Positions 39,061-58,992 are shown, numbered from the stretch's first letter. The stretch is 64,000 nt of DNA from Takakia lepidozioides (GCA_030704615.1 CM060732.1:30070001-30134000), one strand, 5' to 3'. The notes: generated by a model from the letters alone, not told the origin. Made by a program: numbers and translations.

Positions 39061-40723
39061 ATGGCGGGACCTCTCGCCACTCTGCAGGCCTGCGCTCGCC
39101 CTGCTGCATTGCCCACCTCCACTCCCTTCACCGCTGCAGCCTCGCTCTTCCAACCCAGTGGCACTTCACTTGGTGTTGCTACCAGCTTCCGACGAGGCTC
39201 TCACTTGAGTAATTTGTCTCAGCTGCTGCATCTTTGCTAGTTCTTGGAAGTTTTAGTTGATTCACTAGTTGTGATCATCCTAGTCTATGTGTCTACAGCA
39301 CAATGGAAGGCTCTAGTTCCAAATCTTGGGGTGGGTTCGTTTTGAGGGAGCTGGGGAGGAAGTGAAGTACTGAGGCGGCTATTGATGAGTGATGGGGATT
39401 TTACTTTAATTTGGTTGGTGAGGATAACGTTTTGGTACGAGTACCTGGGTTTTGCCCTAATTCTCTGAGAGATTTTGAGTTTAGGAGGGATACTTTGGGT
39501 AAAGATTATCCACATTGGCTTGAGCCTCAGGCGAAGCAGACGTCGTGGTTCAATTCAAAGGGAGTTCGTGTGGTGAGCTTGGATTCTGGGCGAATTGTCT
39601 AAAATGTGCACGCTCTGCATAGAACTAAGCACCAGATGTATGTTACTTCTCAGGCACTGGGAAGCATTCTGAATCTGGATATGGAGTTCTATGGGCCAAC
39701 CAGTTGACAAACTCGCATTCCCTGAGAGCCATTTTCAATTCAGAGACAAACTCATCGGCAAGTGCGAGTGGCGACGAGAATGACCTTCCTCCTGCTGGTT
39801 GCAGTCGAATCAAAGTGGAACTCAAGAAACCATTAGGTATGCCCGTCCTTGTACCCACGATCTCACTCCTTAGGAAATAAGACTCTTTAGGAAACTAAGC
39901 AAACTGTTTAAATCTGCATAGTACAATTGAAAATCCAAATGTCCAAGATTATGTCTCGTTTAATCTGAGCGTGAGAGTTCTAGTCTTGGCAGTCACACTG
40001 ACTGGTTGGTGAGTTTGATGTTTCAGGCATTGCTTTTGAAGAAGACGAATTAGGGAGAATGTTTGTGGGTGAGGTGATTGAGGGTGGAAATGCAGATAAG
40101 TCGGGGTTGGTGGACGCTGGTGACCAGCTCATTGCCACAAGTGCTATAGTTTATGGATCGGAGGAGGAGTACCAAGGTGTGATGGTCAGAAAGGGTATGC
40201 AGAAGATCCGACTCAATGTACGAGGGGAGAGATTTGAGACGGTCTGTCCTCATTCGACATTACCTGCACAGCTTTTATGATACTTTTTCTTTGCTCTTTT
40301 TATACAAGACTTCTGGATATCATTGGAGACTTCTTATGCGCTCCAGACTTCTCACATGTGCTTGAATTATGGCGAATTAAACCTGTTGATGAATTTGTTG
40401 AGTACAGGTCATTGCAGCTATTGGTACCCATCCGTATTATATTAAGGTGCAATTCTTACCTCACTATCTTCTCATGGAGTTTATGGAATTGATGAAAGGT
40501 TGGGATGTGAGTGTCTGGTGTCCGTTCTTTTCACTTCCTCGGTTCGGCTACTGATCAGTTTCTGGTTACAACACTTGCAACTTCACTTGTCTCATTGTTT
40601 CTGTTCCCGTTCCGGTAATGTGGCTCTGAGATTGAAGGTTGCTGTAATGTGAAGGTTGAAATGGAGTTCCAAAAATGCAAACCTGTGCCGCAAGGTTCTC
40701 TAAATGGATCCACAAGAAACTGA
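39061..40723 (+). CDS. Plastid-targeted PDZ-domain protein
   Basis: Exons 39061-39208, 39654-39836, 40027-40241, 40408-40446, 40655-40723. An A/S/T-rich transit peptide is followed by the PDZ fold KVELKKPL|GIAFEED...MFVGEVIEGGNADKSGLVDAGDQLIATSA...FET|VIAAIGTH. Confidence 0.8.
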
Positions 40724-41210
40724 TTTATGGAGGTAGGAAGCTCTTACCATTTGTGAGCCAATAGGATGTCCCTCACAGAACCATAATTTTGAGTATTGTA
40801 CCTGAGAACAGGATGTACGATTTACACAATTCTTTCTAGACTTGGACCTTGTTCCAGAAATTGAAATAGCTTCGCAGTTCTCTCCATCTCATTAAGATTG
40901 AAATGACTGATTTCCTCATTTGACTGATTATTACTTAGAGGGAGAAAATCTAAAACCCTGAGTTACACCATAAGGCACACAGACTGTAGTCACTGAAAAA
41001 GCAAACATTGCTACTCAAGGAAGAGTACTTATCAAACTGACAAGGCCTGAGGGCCTGTGGAGAGAACCTGCGTGTGAAGGCTTCCAGAGTGCACTGTGAA
41101 GCCAATCTTGTGTAGAAGCACGTATTAGCGGAAGTGGAGGCTGGATGCTTTGGAGGATTGCTTGACGTGTTTCCAATCAATATCCCTGTGAAATTCCGGC
41201 GAGGCGGTGA

Positions 41211-42445
41211 ATGGTACCACGGAGGTCTCTCCAGCTGTTGGGGGGTTGCTTAGTGGCATTTGATCCTGTTCTGCCTTTGTTGAGGGTGCCTGTTCCTGCT
41301 GGCAAGGGTGATGACCCCTCGAAAGGGGCGTATGTGCTTGCCTTCAAACATGAGGAGAGCTGGCATCGTGCTTGGCACAAGTGTGAAGAAAAAGTTGTCG
41401 GACAGTGTGAGGTATACCTCTATAGTCTCCTTCTACCCTCTCATGAGGCTCTGGAGAAACCATGTATAGGATCTGTTGCCTCCCAACAATGGCAAGCCCT
41501 CTTTTGAATCCCAATTTCTCTCATCTTGCAACAACAGCCACATTTGTCACATCTGTTTCCAGCCAGAGGGTAGAGCAGCAGGGTTGGAATCTTTCCAAAC
41601 TCTTTGATGAGAAAGCTGGTACACATATTAGGAAGTTTAGGGAACGGACATCCACACAAGGTGGGGATAATATTGTTTAGTTTCCTATGCTGTTCCATTG
41701 TTCATGCTCTTTAGTGTACAGGCACCATATGCTGGTCTTCATAGCCCCCATGCTGTATGATGTTTCATGGCAGGCCGGAGCAAGGATGGGTTGCTCAATC
41801 AGTGCAGCCAATGCATGTCAGCCACCCTGGTGGAAGGCATATTTTCCTTTCTTAAAGTCAAGGATGGATGAAGGCTCAGATAGGGAAGCTTGTGAGAAGA
41901 GAGATGATGGTGTGCCTGGCAGCGTCGAAGGAGCAAGGCCAGGCACAAAATATGCTCAGGACACTTGTGAACCTGTATTTGCGGACATGAGAATTGCTGC
42001 ACCTGGACAATCAAGTGACCCTTGGTTTACAGGTAAGCAATTGCAGCGACGGAGAATCACCAGACATGATAAGAAGTTGATCACCAAAGCTGCCGAGAAA
42101 AGACCAATTGCAAAGCAGGCTGAGCAAGCACAGTCAAGCATGTGTGGTACCATATCTAGGGGTAAAAAAGGTGTGACAAATTTTCATGGGAGAAAGTTGA
42201 TGGGGGAGGGCGGTCGAAGGCTGTGGGAACTGCCAGTATGCAGCAATGAAGATACACACAAGGTGGTGAACATGACACCAGAGCCTGCTGCTATTGAGGG
42301 CTGGGTAGGGGGTCTGATTCGGCCTAAATTTGACTATAAAAACTTGCACTTGGGTACTTCTGATCACCCAGAGCCTGTCATGGAACCAAGAAATGCATTT
42401 TGGCATGATCTTCGGTGCTTCTTTAGAGAGAAATTCAAATTGTAA
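41211..42445 (+). CDS. Conserved Cys-rich plant protein, copy 2 (new N-terminus, compensated frameshift; may be a pseudogene)
   Basis: Direct duplicate of 27323-27638 joined to 28261-29150. Spliced frame 41211-41411 + 41774-42445 stays open: AGARMGCSISAANACQPPWW...DREACE...CEPVFADMRIA. Confidence 0.55.
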
Positions 42446-42477
42446 ATGTGTTTGTGAGTGAGAGAGAGAGACCCGCC

Positions 42478-43513
42478 ATCACCCCTACTAGTCCCAATGT
42501 GTGTAATTTCCCATTCCCTTCACCAGAAACTGATATTGATTAAGTAGTTCTTAAGTGGAAGACCTTCCCATAGTAATATGAGATTGTAGCTCAAAACCGG
42601 TTCGATTTCTCGTAGTCATGGAAACCTCGCAAGTAATTCTCCATTTCCTCACGGGTGTTATCCCATTGAAGTGCCCCAATGACCTCATCAGGAGTGAGCC
42701 TTGTTTCCTGCTCCGATCAACATGTACCATCAGAAAACTACAGATAAAGCATGTCACATAATGTTAAGAAATCACTAGGTGCAGCACTATTATCAGCACA
42801 AGAACATCACCCCATGAAACCCAACCTAAATTGGAGTACTTGAAGGAACTGAATTCTGAGGGTCTCTGGTTTGCTAGGTACAGCCCAGCAAAGAAAAGGT
42901 TGCCCTCAGACTTTGTCAGCTGCCCTGACAGGAATGATGCGGAAAGTGGTGCCGTCATCGCGCACAATCAAAGTCTCTTGAGAGCGGTCCCTATACTTGC
43001 CTGTTTTCACCTCCACCTGTAATTGGACCAACTTGGGCTGTCATGCTTCCCCTCTTCAGGATGTGTATGTTAAATTAAACCATAGTTTCAAAAACATAGA
43101 CTTCACAATGCATTCCTTCCAAATATCTGTCCTGTGCAAAGGTCTACATTTACTGCCAGAGGTCCTTAAAAGGAAACACGCGCCAACGGGGATGGTCCAG
43201 GCAGGAAAAGAGTTTACTTATTTACCTTTACATCAGCTTTGGTGATTGATTTGGATTTGCCGTCAATGACATAGATTTCTTCAAAATCTAAGACAAAATC
43301 ATCATCATCCATTCGCAAGTTCCGCAAGTGCTTCATCAAAAAAATCTGTCAACCGTCACGCCCCTGTAAGAGATCTGTACCTCCAACTGATTAGCAAAAG
43401 AAAGAGAGAACAGCAAGGACAATGTGATACAAAGTGATGACATAGCTGGAAATACCTTCATGGTTTGCATTTCAGACTTGTAGAGAGGGAAGAGAGAGGG
43501 GAACGTGGTTCGT
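42478..43513 (-). pseudogene. PTAC6: Inverted partial duplicate of pTAC6 (part of exon 4 to the 3' flank)
   Basis: Reverse complement of 58021-59103. It lacks exons 1-3, has a small duplication in exon 4 and has a ~64-nt deletion that removes the exon-6 donor. Confidence 0.9.
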
Positions 43514-46332
43514 GTGGTCGAAGTTCCTTCCTGCATAGAGCACCCTTATTTCTCTCCTTCTGGGCACTCAAATTGTACATTGTCATTCTCATTTGGAGAG
43601 CGTCTACCTGAAGTTAATCTCAATCTCTTCATGTCTGTGTGTCTCCATGCAAGCGTGTGCCTGTCTTTGCTCCCTCTACTAAGTTTCTCAATATCTTTGT
43701 TCCGTTCCAGCTCATCACACTCTAAAGCTTTGCTGCATTCGATTGTGAGGATTCATGCATGACTGATCCTGGATGTGTATCATGTCCATGATTTTGCAGT
43801 ACTAGATGGATTCCATTTGCAGGAGGCATATTCGCATCTCACTAAGGAGCCCATGCATGTGCGTTTACTACAGTGAAATTTTGGAACTTATCCTGACAAC
43901 TTGTCCATGCATATATTGCATGAAATGGACCTTGTTAGAATAGTATCTTGATTGGGTTTTGACAAACTTCAAGTGGGAGGCAACAATGTGATTGTAAGAG
44001 ATCTTTCTCTGAAGTTGGCAACCACAGCAATAGTGAAACTAACGACAAACTCCTAGGAGGTGCCAAGAAGGCTCATTCCATAATAGGAATCCTCTATGAG
44101 TTACAGGGGACATGAAGGAAATATGTGCAGGTGCATACAAAATGACCACTCATAATGTACAGTCTGATTTCATGTTGTCCAGTGTACTTGACCATCATCA
44201 TCATGGCCAGAGAGTTGAAGGAAATGTTAGTGCGCAGGCCCAACTGCTGAAAGGATGAACAAATTTGGCCACTTGCCGCACACCTTACTCCACACCTTAC
44301 ACCCTAGCTATGGTGATGATAGTGGTGTAAATGCTGGCCAGACCAGAGTGTTGATTGTTATTTGTTGGCCGTGCCCATGCAAGTGCATACACCCATGTTT
44401 GTAGGATCCAATGAGGTGTTACGTGTATAGATGGATTTTGTTGGCTCCTCTTTAGAAGCATCGGTGTCAAAAATGGCTAAGCCCCTGTCATGCCTTCCCC
44501 AGGCGTTACTTCCTCTCCTTTGCTTCCTCATTTGCTTCTCAAAGTAATACCTCCCTCACATAACATCTCTCATATTGAACAGTTTATGAAAAATAAATGG
44601 ATGAATTTTCAGGTTTATTATGGATGAAAATAGGTTTCATTGAGGAGCCATACACGGCTAGCCACTTGTTTCTGGATGGATGGACAGTCTTGAAGGACCA
44701 GCATCCTTTGTCTAGGGTTACAGAAAGATGGAGGTGGCTAGCAAATTTGCGGTGGTGCTCTTGGTCAGAAAGAAGATAAAGAAAGAGAGGAACCATTCCC
44801 AGGGAAAAGTTTTTTTATTTTTTATTTTTAAAGAAAGGGGATGGAAGCCCTGAAATTTTATAGCAGCGGGACAAAGGCCCAAGGAGTACATAGTACATAG
44901 AGGAAAAAATAACCTCAACATTGGGTGCCATAGAGGCTGAACTTCATATATTTGCAGGTTGAATGGTATGTTGGTTTTCTCGATGACAATTTACATCTGG
45001 AATTTCCTGAGTTGTCCATTAAACGGCCTAAGTGACATGTGCAAGGTCCATTAGATCCCCTTTCCCCCGGAAAGGGCAGTAGCCGCAAGGAGGTGTGACC
45101 TTTTAGTTACTTCATGGCTATGCACATTTGCATTTGCCGCCTGCTTTAGTTGGAGCTTGTAATTATGTGTTGCTTAGATTTGTGTAATTGTCTTTGAAGT
45201 TGTCCCCCTTCCCCATCTTTAGGCAGCTTGCCGAGAGGGCTCACATTGAAAAACAGAACAAGAGGCAAATCCTACTCTTCAGTGGAAAAGCGACATTTGT
45301 GATCCTTAGTGTATCGAAATATATCACTCATTTGTCCGGGCGCTTGGGGGGTCAATGGTCATTCTGCAAATTACTATTCATGGGTCGAAGCCAAGGCAAG
45401 GGCCCACACCGGTTTGCTAATGATCTTTATTTATTTATTTAAAGAAAAGTTGGGATAGAGGCCCACACATTGAATTAAAACTGCAAGGAAAAGATAACCT
45501 TGCCAACATGGCCATGAAGGCTTAACAAGGGGACACTGCCCCGGTACGACAAGTCAATATAACCAAGAAAACAGTAACAATGGCCACTGAAGATTCGCAC
45601 CTACCTCGATTTGCAGGGATCATATACTATGTCCTTTATGTCTACTCACACTGGCAGCCGGGCTGCTTCTCACCCACCAACCAGGGACTTCACTCTATAA
45701 TGTCCAGAGTGTAGAGACAGCTCTCTCATTGTCCACCTTTCAAGACAAAAACAAAAGGGTAGCCCAAAAGGCCACACAGACCATATCTGCAGAGCAATCT
45801 TGGTGAAAAGGAACAATCTTCCTTCAAAAACCATGTCAAACAGAAGCTGACAATAAGTCACCTAAACTCTCCAACAAAACTGACATGAACTTCCTTCAAA
45901 TTATACAGCATGATTCACAATGAACCCAACTTACTACCATGCAGCAAACCGTTGGGCTGAAAAAGACCAGCTGTATGGTGTGTGTGCGTGTGAGAGAGAG
46001 AAAGAGAGACCCACCATCACCCCTACTAGTCCCAATGTGTGTAATTTCCCTACCCTAAACAACAGGTTTTCTGTCGATCTAAATGTCTGGAAGATATCGC
46101 CCCACCACCTACTCCAGAAGGATTAGTACCTCGGGGAACTGCACCCTCATAGCCAGAGTGCGTCCTAAAATTTCTTTTACAAGAAAAAAAAATGGCCCTC
46201 CAATCCTGTACCATTGTGGACGAGGGGTCCCCCCACCACAGACACAGAAACCACAACTTGGAGAAAAATTACGTTCAAGAGTGGTAACTCATTCCTCTAC
46301 ACAGTAACATTAATAGTCCATTGGCAGCATGG

Positions 46333-52475
<6,143 letters not shown>

Positions 52476-52892
52476 GGTTATCTCCACGAATACTAACTCC
52501 TTTCTCTCTGGCAGTGCTCAGTGACCGCTGCTCTCGTTAGCGTTGCCTCTACTGAAGTTTCTCCAGTGCTCACTACCTTCCTGGCAGCAGTGGCCCTAGC
52601 TGTTCGCTCCTTCTGCTGGATACTGGTCACCGCACTGCTCTCTCGGCCCCGCAAGCACCCGCATATCTCTCATGCCTGCAGCTTGCTGCCAATTCTATCA
52701 GCTCGCCTGCTCCCCTCTCTCACACCGCGCACCTTCCATGCCTTCCTCGCTCTCTCCCTCTCGCTCTCTCTCTCTCTCTCTCTCGCTCTCGCTCTCTGTC
52801 TCGCACGCGCGCACCTCTCTTTCTCAAGACAGCTCTCGCAAGGGTGGTTGTTGCCAAGCAGCAGGGTTTTGAGACTTACTACCGCTTTACAT

Positions 52893-53335
52893 TACCTTTA
52901 TACAGGTTACTCTAGATACCATTATAGAGGTTATACCTCATTCCTGATAAGTAAAATTAATTTTTAAGTTGACAACAATGCTGCCTTAAGCCAAATATAA
53001 AAAATAAAACAGCTTTTTCGTTTTTTAATTTTTAGAGAAAAGGGAGTGGCACCCTTGAACTTTATAAAAAAGGTGGACAAAATGTGCTAAGAGTACAATT
53101 AAAAAACTGTTGACACTGTATACAACTAATATCAAATACCTCTATAATGGTATTAAATAGCTCTCAATTGATATCTCCATCGATACATTTGGTATTACTT
53201 GTATGGAATTACCTACATGAAGGTATGTAACAGCCAAGAATCTACTGACTCTTGACGCCAAATCAAGGAGTAAGCAAAAACGACTATTTATCAGAATCTA
53301 TATTACGGTAATTAGAAGTACCTCTATAAAGGTAT
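52893..53335. mobile_element. MITE/foldback-like element with nested inverted repeats
   Basis: Inner pair ATACCATTATAGAGGT (52916) / ACCTCTATAATGGTAT (53138). Outer pair TACCTTTATACAGGT (52893) / ACCTCTATAAAGGTA (53320). The interior is AT-rich. Confidence 0.5.
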
Positions 53336-54673
53336 TAGGCAGCTCAGTCATAGTGTCTGGGGTTGACGAGGTGCAAGAGTCGCTGCGGGGTGGTTGCGGG
53401 TACGAATACCGGCGGGGTTGACTCTGAGCGTTACGGAGCGCGAGCACCTACCCCCCCCCCTGACTGCGCGGGCTGACCACAATCCTTGCAAGCTCTTTAA
53501 GTTAGTTTGTACGTTCTCACACTGCTGCTCGATATCAGGCTTGGGTCCATGTCATGTCCCGATTAGGGCGATGGACATTCTGTCGATCAAGTGCGATGTC
53601 GGAGGAAGGGATGCGGATGTAGGTAGCTTTTGTTGATACGATGGTGGAGTGTTGAAGCGGGACGAAGACCGACGTCTGATTCATGCGGCATGAGGGGAAG
53701 GAAGGAGGGGAAGAAGGGTTATGAGAGTGGTACGAATAGCGTGAAGAAGGAGAATAAAGCGGAAGGACGGTTGATGTGGTGTGGCGAGTGGGGAAGCAAT
53801 GTGAGGGGCCTGCCTGGAACCTCGCCTCTTGTCTCAGCTACCTCCGTCCCGAGGCGGGGGAGATGGGATCGGTGAGACCAACTGGTACGGGGCGAAAGCG
53901 TTGAAGAAGATGGGTCAACGAGGCAGGTTACTGTTTTTTCCTCCGCTAAAGCGATTGTAGATCCGATTGCAGGTTGGAGTGGGGAGATTGAGGGAAGGAA
54001 TCTAGGAGCTGGGCAGGTGGTTACAGGTTCATCCAGATCGACAAATTGGGGATCCAAGACAAAATGTTTTCAGATTGGCATGAGGATAGGAAAATATGCA
54101 GATTGCATTGTCCTCAAAGAGAGAGAGAGTTATAAGAAAGAAACAGATTTCAATATATGGAAATAGTCGATGACTAACAGTTTCGCTTTTCGCTTCATGT
54201 AAAAGAACGAGGAAGGTGAAGATTGAAGAAGCAATTGTTGTGCTACTGTGCTGAAGAAACGGGGCAGATGCGATCGCGGAGGGGATGAATCTGCTTGGAG
54301 AATAATGTGAACCCGCAATCTGTGTCACCCCCCCTTTAATCGCAGCTGCAGTAGCGTATGTAAGGAGCACCATTTTTTCAAACTCCCAAGCAACCAACAC
54401 TTCACTGGCACATAAATTACATAATACTGGTGGTTTACGACCTCACATAAATGAGTTTTTTAATTATTTTTAATTATTTTTAAATGTTTTTACAGAACAG
54501 AGGAGTCGGACAGTTCCCCCGAAAAGAAAAGAAAATCCCCTGATCACGTACGGAAAAAAGAAAAGAAAAGAAAAGGTGCATCCTAAAACCTTGGACGAGC
54601 TGCAAACGAATGATGGCTCATGATTCATCCATTCGTCATCCAAATTCCGATGAATCCACGACGTCGTCTGTCA

Positions 54674-54698
54674 AGGGTTTAGGGTTTAGAGGTGGGCC
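54674..54698. promoter_or_regulatory. Telo-box plus site II motif upstream of pTAC6
   Basis: AGGGTTTAGGGTTTA is followed by TGGGCC, about 60-85 nt before the ATG at 54760. Confidence 0.5.
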
Positions 54699-54759
54699 TG
54701 CTGCAGGTTGCAATTTCTGAGAGGAAGAGTAGCAGGCAGACGCAGACGGGGTGGGAGAG

Positions 54760-57700
54760 ATGAGCCGAGCGGCCTGCATTGCGAGCAGCATGGTGAGCAC
54801 ACACTTGAATCCAGTGGGGGCAGCTGTGGAGAGTCAGGTTGCTCTTGGCTTCTCACCAAGGTCTATTCAGCAGCTCCGTAGTGCATCAGCATTATCACTG
54901 TCTAAGGTGAAGTGGAGGCAGGCAGCAACCAAATCTATCGATCAGGTAACTGGCCCCCTCCGGTCTTTTGGTCACCAGGTGTTGTGCATCCTGATCTTAT
55001 GTTGCATCACTTTTGTTGTACAAAGACGCAAGGGTCAACAGTTTTCTCGAGGAAAGCTGGAACGGGCATAAAAATGAGTGTGAAATGGAAACGGGCATAA
55101 ATTGTAACACACACTTCGTTTTCTAGCCAACAGGTGTTTGTCCGAAATGGGCTGTGACAGGAGAGCGTTTCGACTTCCGCGAGCTTGAGGCGAAGTTTTC
55201 CGCAGAGGCAGAGGCATTTCGGGAAATTGAGAGCTCAAGAGGACGATTTTGAGGTGGATGTTGCAGTGGACTATGAGATGGATACACCTGATGACGACGA
55301 GGATGATGAAGGAGACCAAAGAGACTATGATCCCGAGTATGACATGCCAATGGGTGACTACAATGTGCAAGAGAGTGAGACATTTATGTCTACGGAGGGC
55401 GTGGAGGAGGAGAGGGTGGTGAACTACAAGATTGACGAAGACGAGTTTCACAAACTTAGTCTGTTTGACTGTGATTTTTTTATTCGGAAAGTGTCTGATC
55501 CCGACAACAACGTGTATGACTTTCGAGAGGTGTGCTCTCTGTTCTCTTTCGCGTTGTTTCTATATGAGTAATTTGAACGAGGTCATCAAGTAGATCTGGA
55601 TGTTCATTGTCTTGGAGGTCTTGCTCCCAAAGTCTGACTTGACTACTGATTGTGTAGATGTATGTTACGCCTCCAGACACGGACATATATGCAATCCCCA
55701 AGGTAGTCGGGGACATGCCAAAGAAGGTGAGCCGGTACTTCTTTTTTCCTCTGAATTGTGGGGGTGAAATATGGGATGAAGTAGCAGGATTTACCTTGAT
55801 ATATATAGTTGATTGTGGCCTTTCCGATTAGGACCAGGAAGCTCTGCTCCACATGTGTGGAGAGAGAGAACTTGCAAGAGTTTAGCCTGTGGCCATATTT
55901 GCTGCCCAGTTTGAAGAACCAAAAGAGAGTTCAGCAGAATGGGGTCCACACCTCACTGGAAGGTCACTTGGATTGCTTTGAAAAAATCAAGGATGCTGCC
56001 TTTCCATAGTTTCACAGAACTTCTTTACCATGAATCCCAACAAGAAACCCCAGCTTTGGGCATTGTCAGTTGTCTTGAATAGAGCAAGTTTTGACTGGAT
56101 GTTGATACTTTGAAGTGGGCCTCTGATTCTGAAGTATCCATTACAATTCATCAGAATTTTTTCTCACTATCCTGCAGAGTGATTTGCACAGCTATTTTTC
56201 CCTTATTTGTAAAGGGCTCAGGATGTGTTTGTACTGGTTAGATTGTACCCATAAGACGTTGTTTGCCGTAGCCTTGTGGCCATTGACCCTGCGCCCAGTT
56301 TGAGCGGAAACAAAAGGGACAGAACCTACCTCTGTCAGGGGCTGACGTTGGTAGTAAGACTTACCTTCATATATAGAATTAATCCGGGTTTTCCAGATAC
56401 CCTCTAGAAATCCCTTCACACAAGCATCAATCTGCTGTGTGTGATTTGCCCAATAACTAGGCCTCAGGAGGGCCTGGGCGTTTGGCTCAGCCTCGAGACT
56501 TTCAAAGTTGGTAAACAGAGGTACAGGCACAATTCCCTTGATAGATTTGAAGAGAGCGTCTCTTTGGTGAGAGAACCCCGGACAGTGTATCAGAAAATGA
56601 GTACTGTCTTCAGATTGCCCACACAACGGGCAATTGCACTGTCCCTTTCCTCTCTGCTTCTGTTTGCTGTTCAAAGGTAGGCTTCCTGCCCTGGTTTAAA
56701 TTTCAGTCTAGTGCCGAGAGTGGGTAGACCCTTGAGGTCATCCAAGATGTCCTCCCCCATGTCACTGATTGGAAACAAGTTCAGGGAAGTTTTCTGGCTA
56801 ACTTCATTTTCATCAGACAATCTCATGGCAACAGACATGGCTTTGGACACTACAGCCTCTAAGTCAGATTTATCCAGCAGGGTCAAGACTTGCGGTTCCA
56901 GGTCCAGGTCCTTGAGAATCTCTTCTACTCTCCAGGACTTAGCCTGTTTGACAGGGCGGTCCTGTTTCCAAGATATAGAGTCGATTAACTTAGGATATCT
57001 GGTGTTGGACATATGTTGCAGCTGACCCCACCATCTGACCTTGAATTCATCTCGTCGGGAGCTTAAGGACGGAATGCCAAACTCACCTGGAACAGCCACA
57101 TGCCGACATACACTCCTTAAGCACCCCCACTTGAATGGATTCTAGAGACTTAGCTTGGTTGGAGTTATCAACCCATATTGCAGATCTGTACTCCAAGGCA
57201 GGTCTAATAACGTGACAAAGCATGGTTTTCTTAACCTCAGAGTTGACCCCTCTGCAGAGGAAAAATTTAGTGAGCCCCAGAGCTTTGCCCTTGCCAGTTT
57301 GAACAACTTTCCGGATATGTGCATCCCAAGATTTACAATTGGAGGAAAACTCAACGCCCAGGTAAGTGTAGCAAGGGAGGACCGGGATCTCTTGTCTACC
57401 CCACTGCCACTTAAGATCACTTCCTCCCTCTCCTCTGTCGTTGAATGCTACCACTGCACATTTGCTGACATTAGCCTCTAGCCCCCAAAGATCAAAGTAT
57501 CTCTTCACGCAATCAATCAACTCCTGGAGATTGGTTGGAGTCTCCCCTATGCCTGCGAAGTCATCCGCAAACCTAAGGGCTGGTATGGTGGTATCACCCA
57601 CCCTTAACCCAAATCCTTCACTTTCCACATCCTCGAGGAGTTGATTGATGAAAACATTGAAGAGCAGAGGGGAGAGAGTACATCCTTGAGCTACACCTTG

Positions 57701-58992
57701 GTCTATGTCAAAGAAGTTGGACTTCTATCCGTTAACAGTGACACAGCTTTTGGTGTGAGCATACAAGTTGTGGACAACTCTCCACATCTTTCCCTTGATC
57801 CCACAAGACCAGAGGCGGAACCATAGGCCATCTCTCCACACTGTGTCATAAGCCTTTTTGACATCCAGGAAAAAAACATACATACATACATACATACATA
57901 CATACAAAACATACATACATTTGTACTGGTTAGAGTGTGACTGTGTTTGTGGAACTGTGTAGCCGCTGCGGTGTAACAAGAGCAATTATGATTATGTATC
58001 TGTGACGGAGCCCCCAGTGGACGAACCACGTTCCCCTCTCTACAAGTCTGAAATGCAAACCATGAAGGTATTTCCAGCTATGTCATCACTTTGTATCACA
58101 TTGTCCTTGCTGTTCTCTCTTTCTTTTGCTAATCAGTTGGAGGTACAGATCTCTTACAGGGGCGTGACGGTTGACAGATTTTTTTGATGAAGCACTTGCG
58201 GAACTTGCGAATGGATGATGATGATTTTGTCTTAGATTTTGAAGAAATCTATGTCATTGACGGCAAATCCAAATCAATCACCAAAGCTGATGTAAAGGTA
58301 AATAAGTAAACTCTTTTCCTGCCTGGACCATCCCCGTTGGCGCGTGTTTCCTTTTGAGGACCTCTGGCAGTAAATGTAGACCTTTGCACAGGACAGATAT
58401 TTGGAAGGAATGCATTGTGAAGTCTATGTTTTTGAAACTATGGTTTAATTTAACATACACATCCTGAAGAGGGGAAGCATGACAGCCCAAGTTGGTCCAA
58501 TTACAGGTGGAGGTGAAAACAGGCAAGTATAGGGACCGCTCTCAAGAGACTTTGATTGTGCGCGATGACGGCACCACTTTCCGCATCATTCCTGTTGTGA
58601 GATACCCACTATCCTTTGTTTGTTGCAGTTTTTAGATGAGTCTTTGGCATCTCTAACGCCAGGGCAGCTGACAAAGTCTGAGGGCAACCTTTTCTTTGCT
58701 GTACCTAGCAAACCAGAGACCCTCAGAATTCAGTTCCTTCAAGTACTCCAATTTAGGTTGGGTTTCATGGGGTGATGTTCTTGTGCTGATAATAGTGCTG
58801 CACCTAGTGATTTCTTAACATTATGTGCCATGCTTTATCTGTAGTTTTCTGATGGTACATGTTGATCGGGAGCAGGAAACAAGGCTCACTCCTGATGAGG
58901 TCATTGGGGCACTTCAATGGGATAACACCCGTGAAGAAATGGAGAATTACTTGCGAGGTTTCCGTGACTACGAGAAATCGAACTGGTTTTGA
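54760..58992 (+). CDS. PTAC6: Plastid transcriptionally active chromosome protein 6 (pTAC6/PAP8)
   Basis: Exons 54760-54978, 55161-55529, 55658-55726, 57963-58067, 58178-58297, 58507-58596, 58876-58992. Motifs EDEFHKLSLFDCDFFIRK..DPDNNVYDFRE|MYVTPPDTDIY, VTEPPVD.PR.PLYKSE, FVLDFEEIYVID and the C-terminal SNWF*. Confidence 0.93.
56243..57919 (-). mobile_element. 5'-truncated LINE (RTE/RTEX-like) in pTAC6 intron 3 with a 15-bp TSD
   Basis: RT motifs LDVKKAYDTVWR, LRFADD, GLEANVSKC, YTYLGV and C-terminal CPLCG....THFLIHC, with frameshifts. Flanked by TTTGTACTGGTTAGA at 56228-56242 and 57920-57934. Confidence 0.92.

Noticed and set aside
42900-42960. Processed (retro) copy of pTAC6
   Set aside because: The deletion is not at exact splice sites and the other introns are retained.
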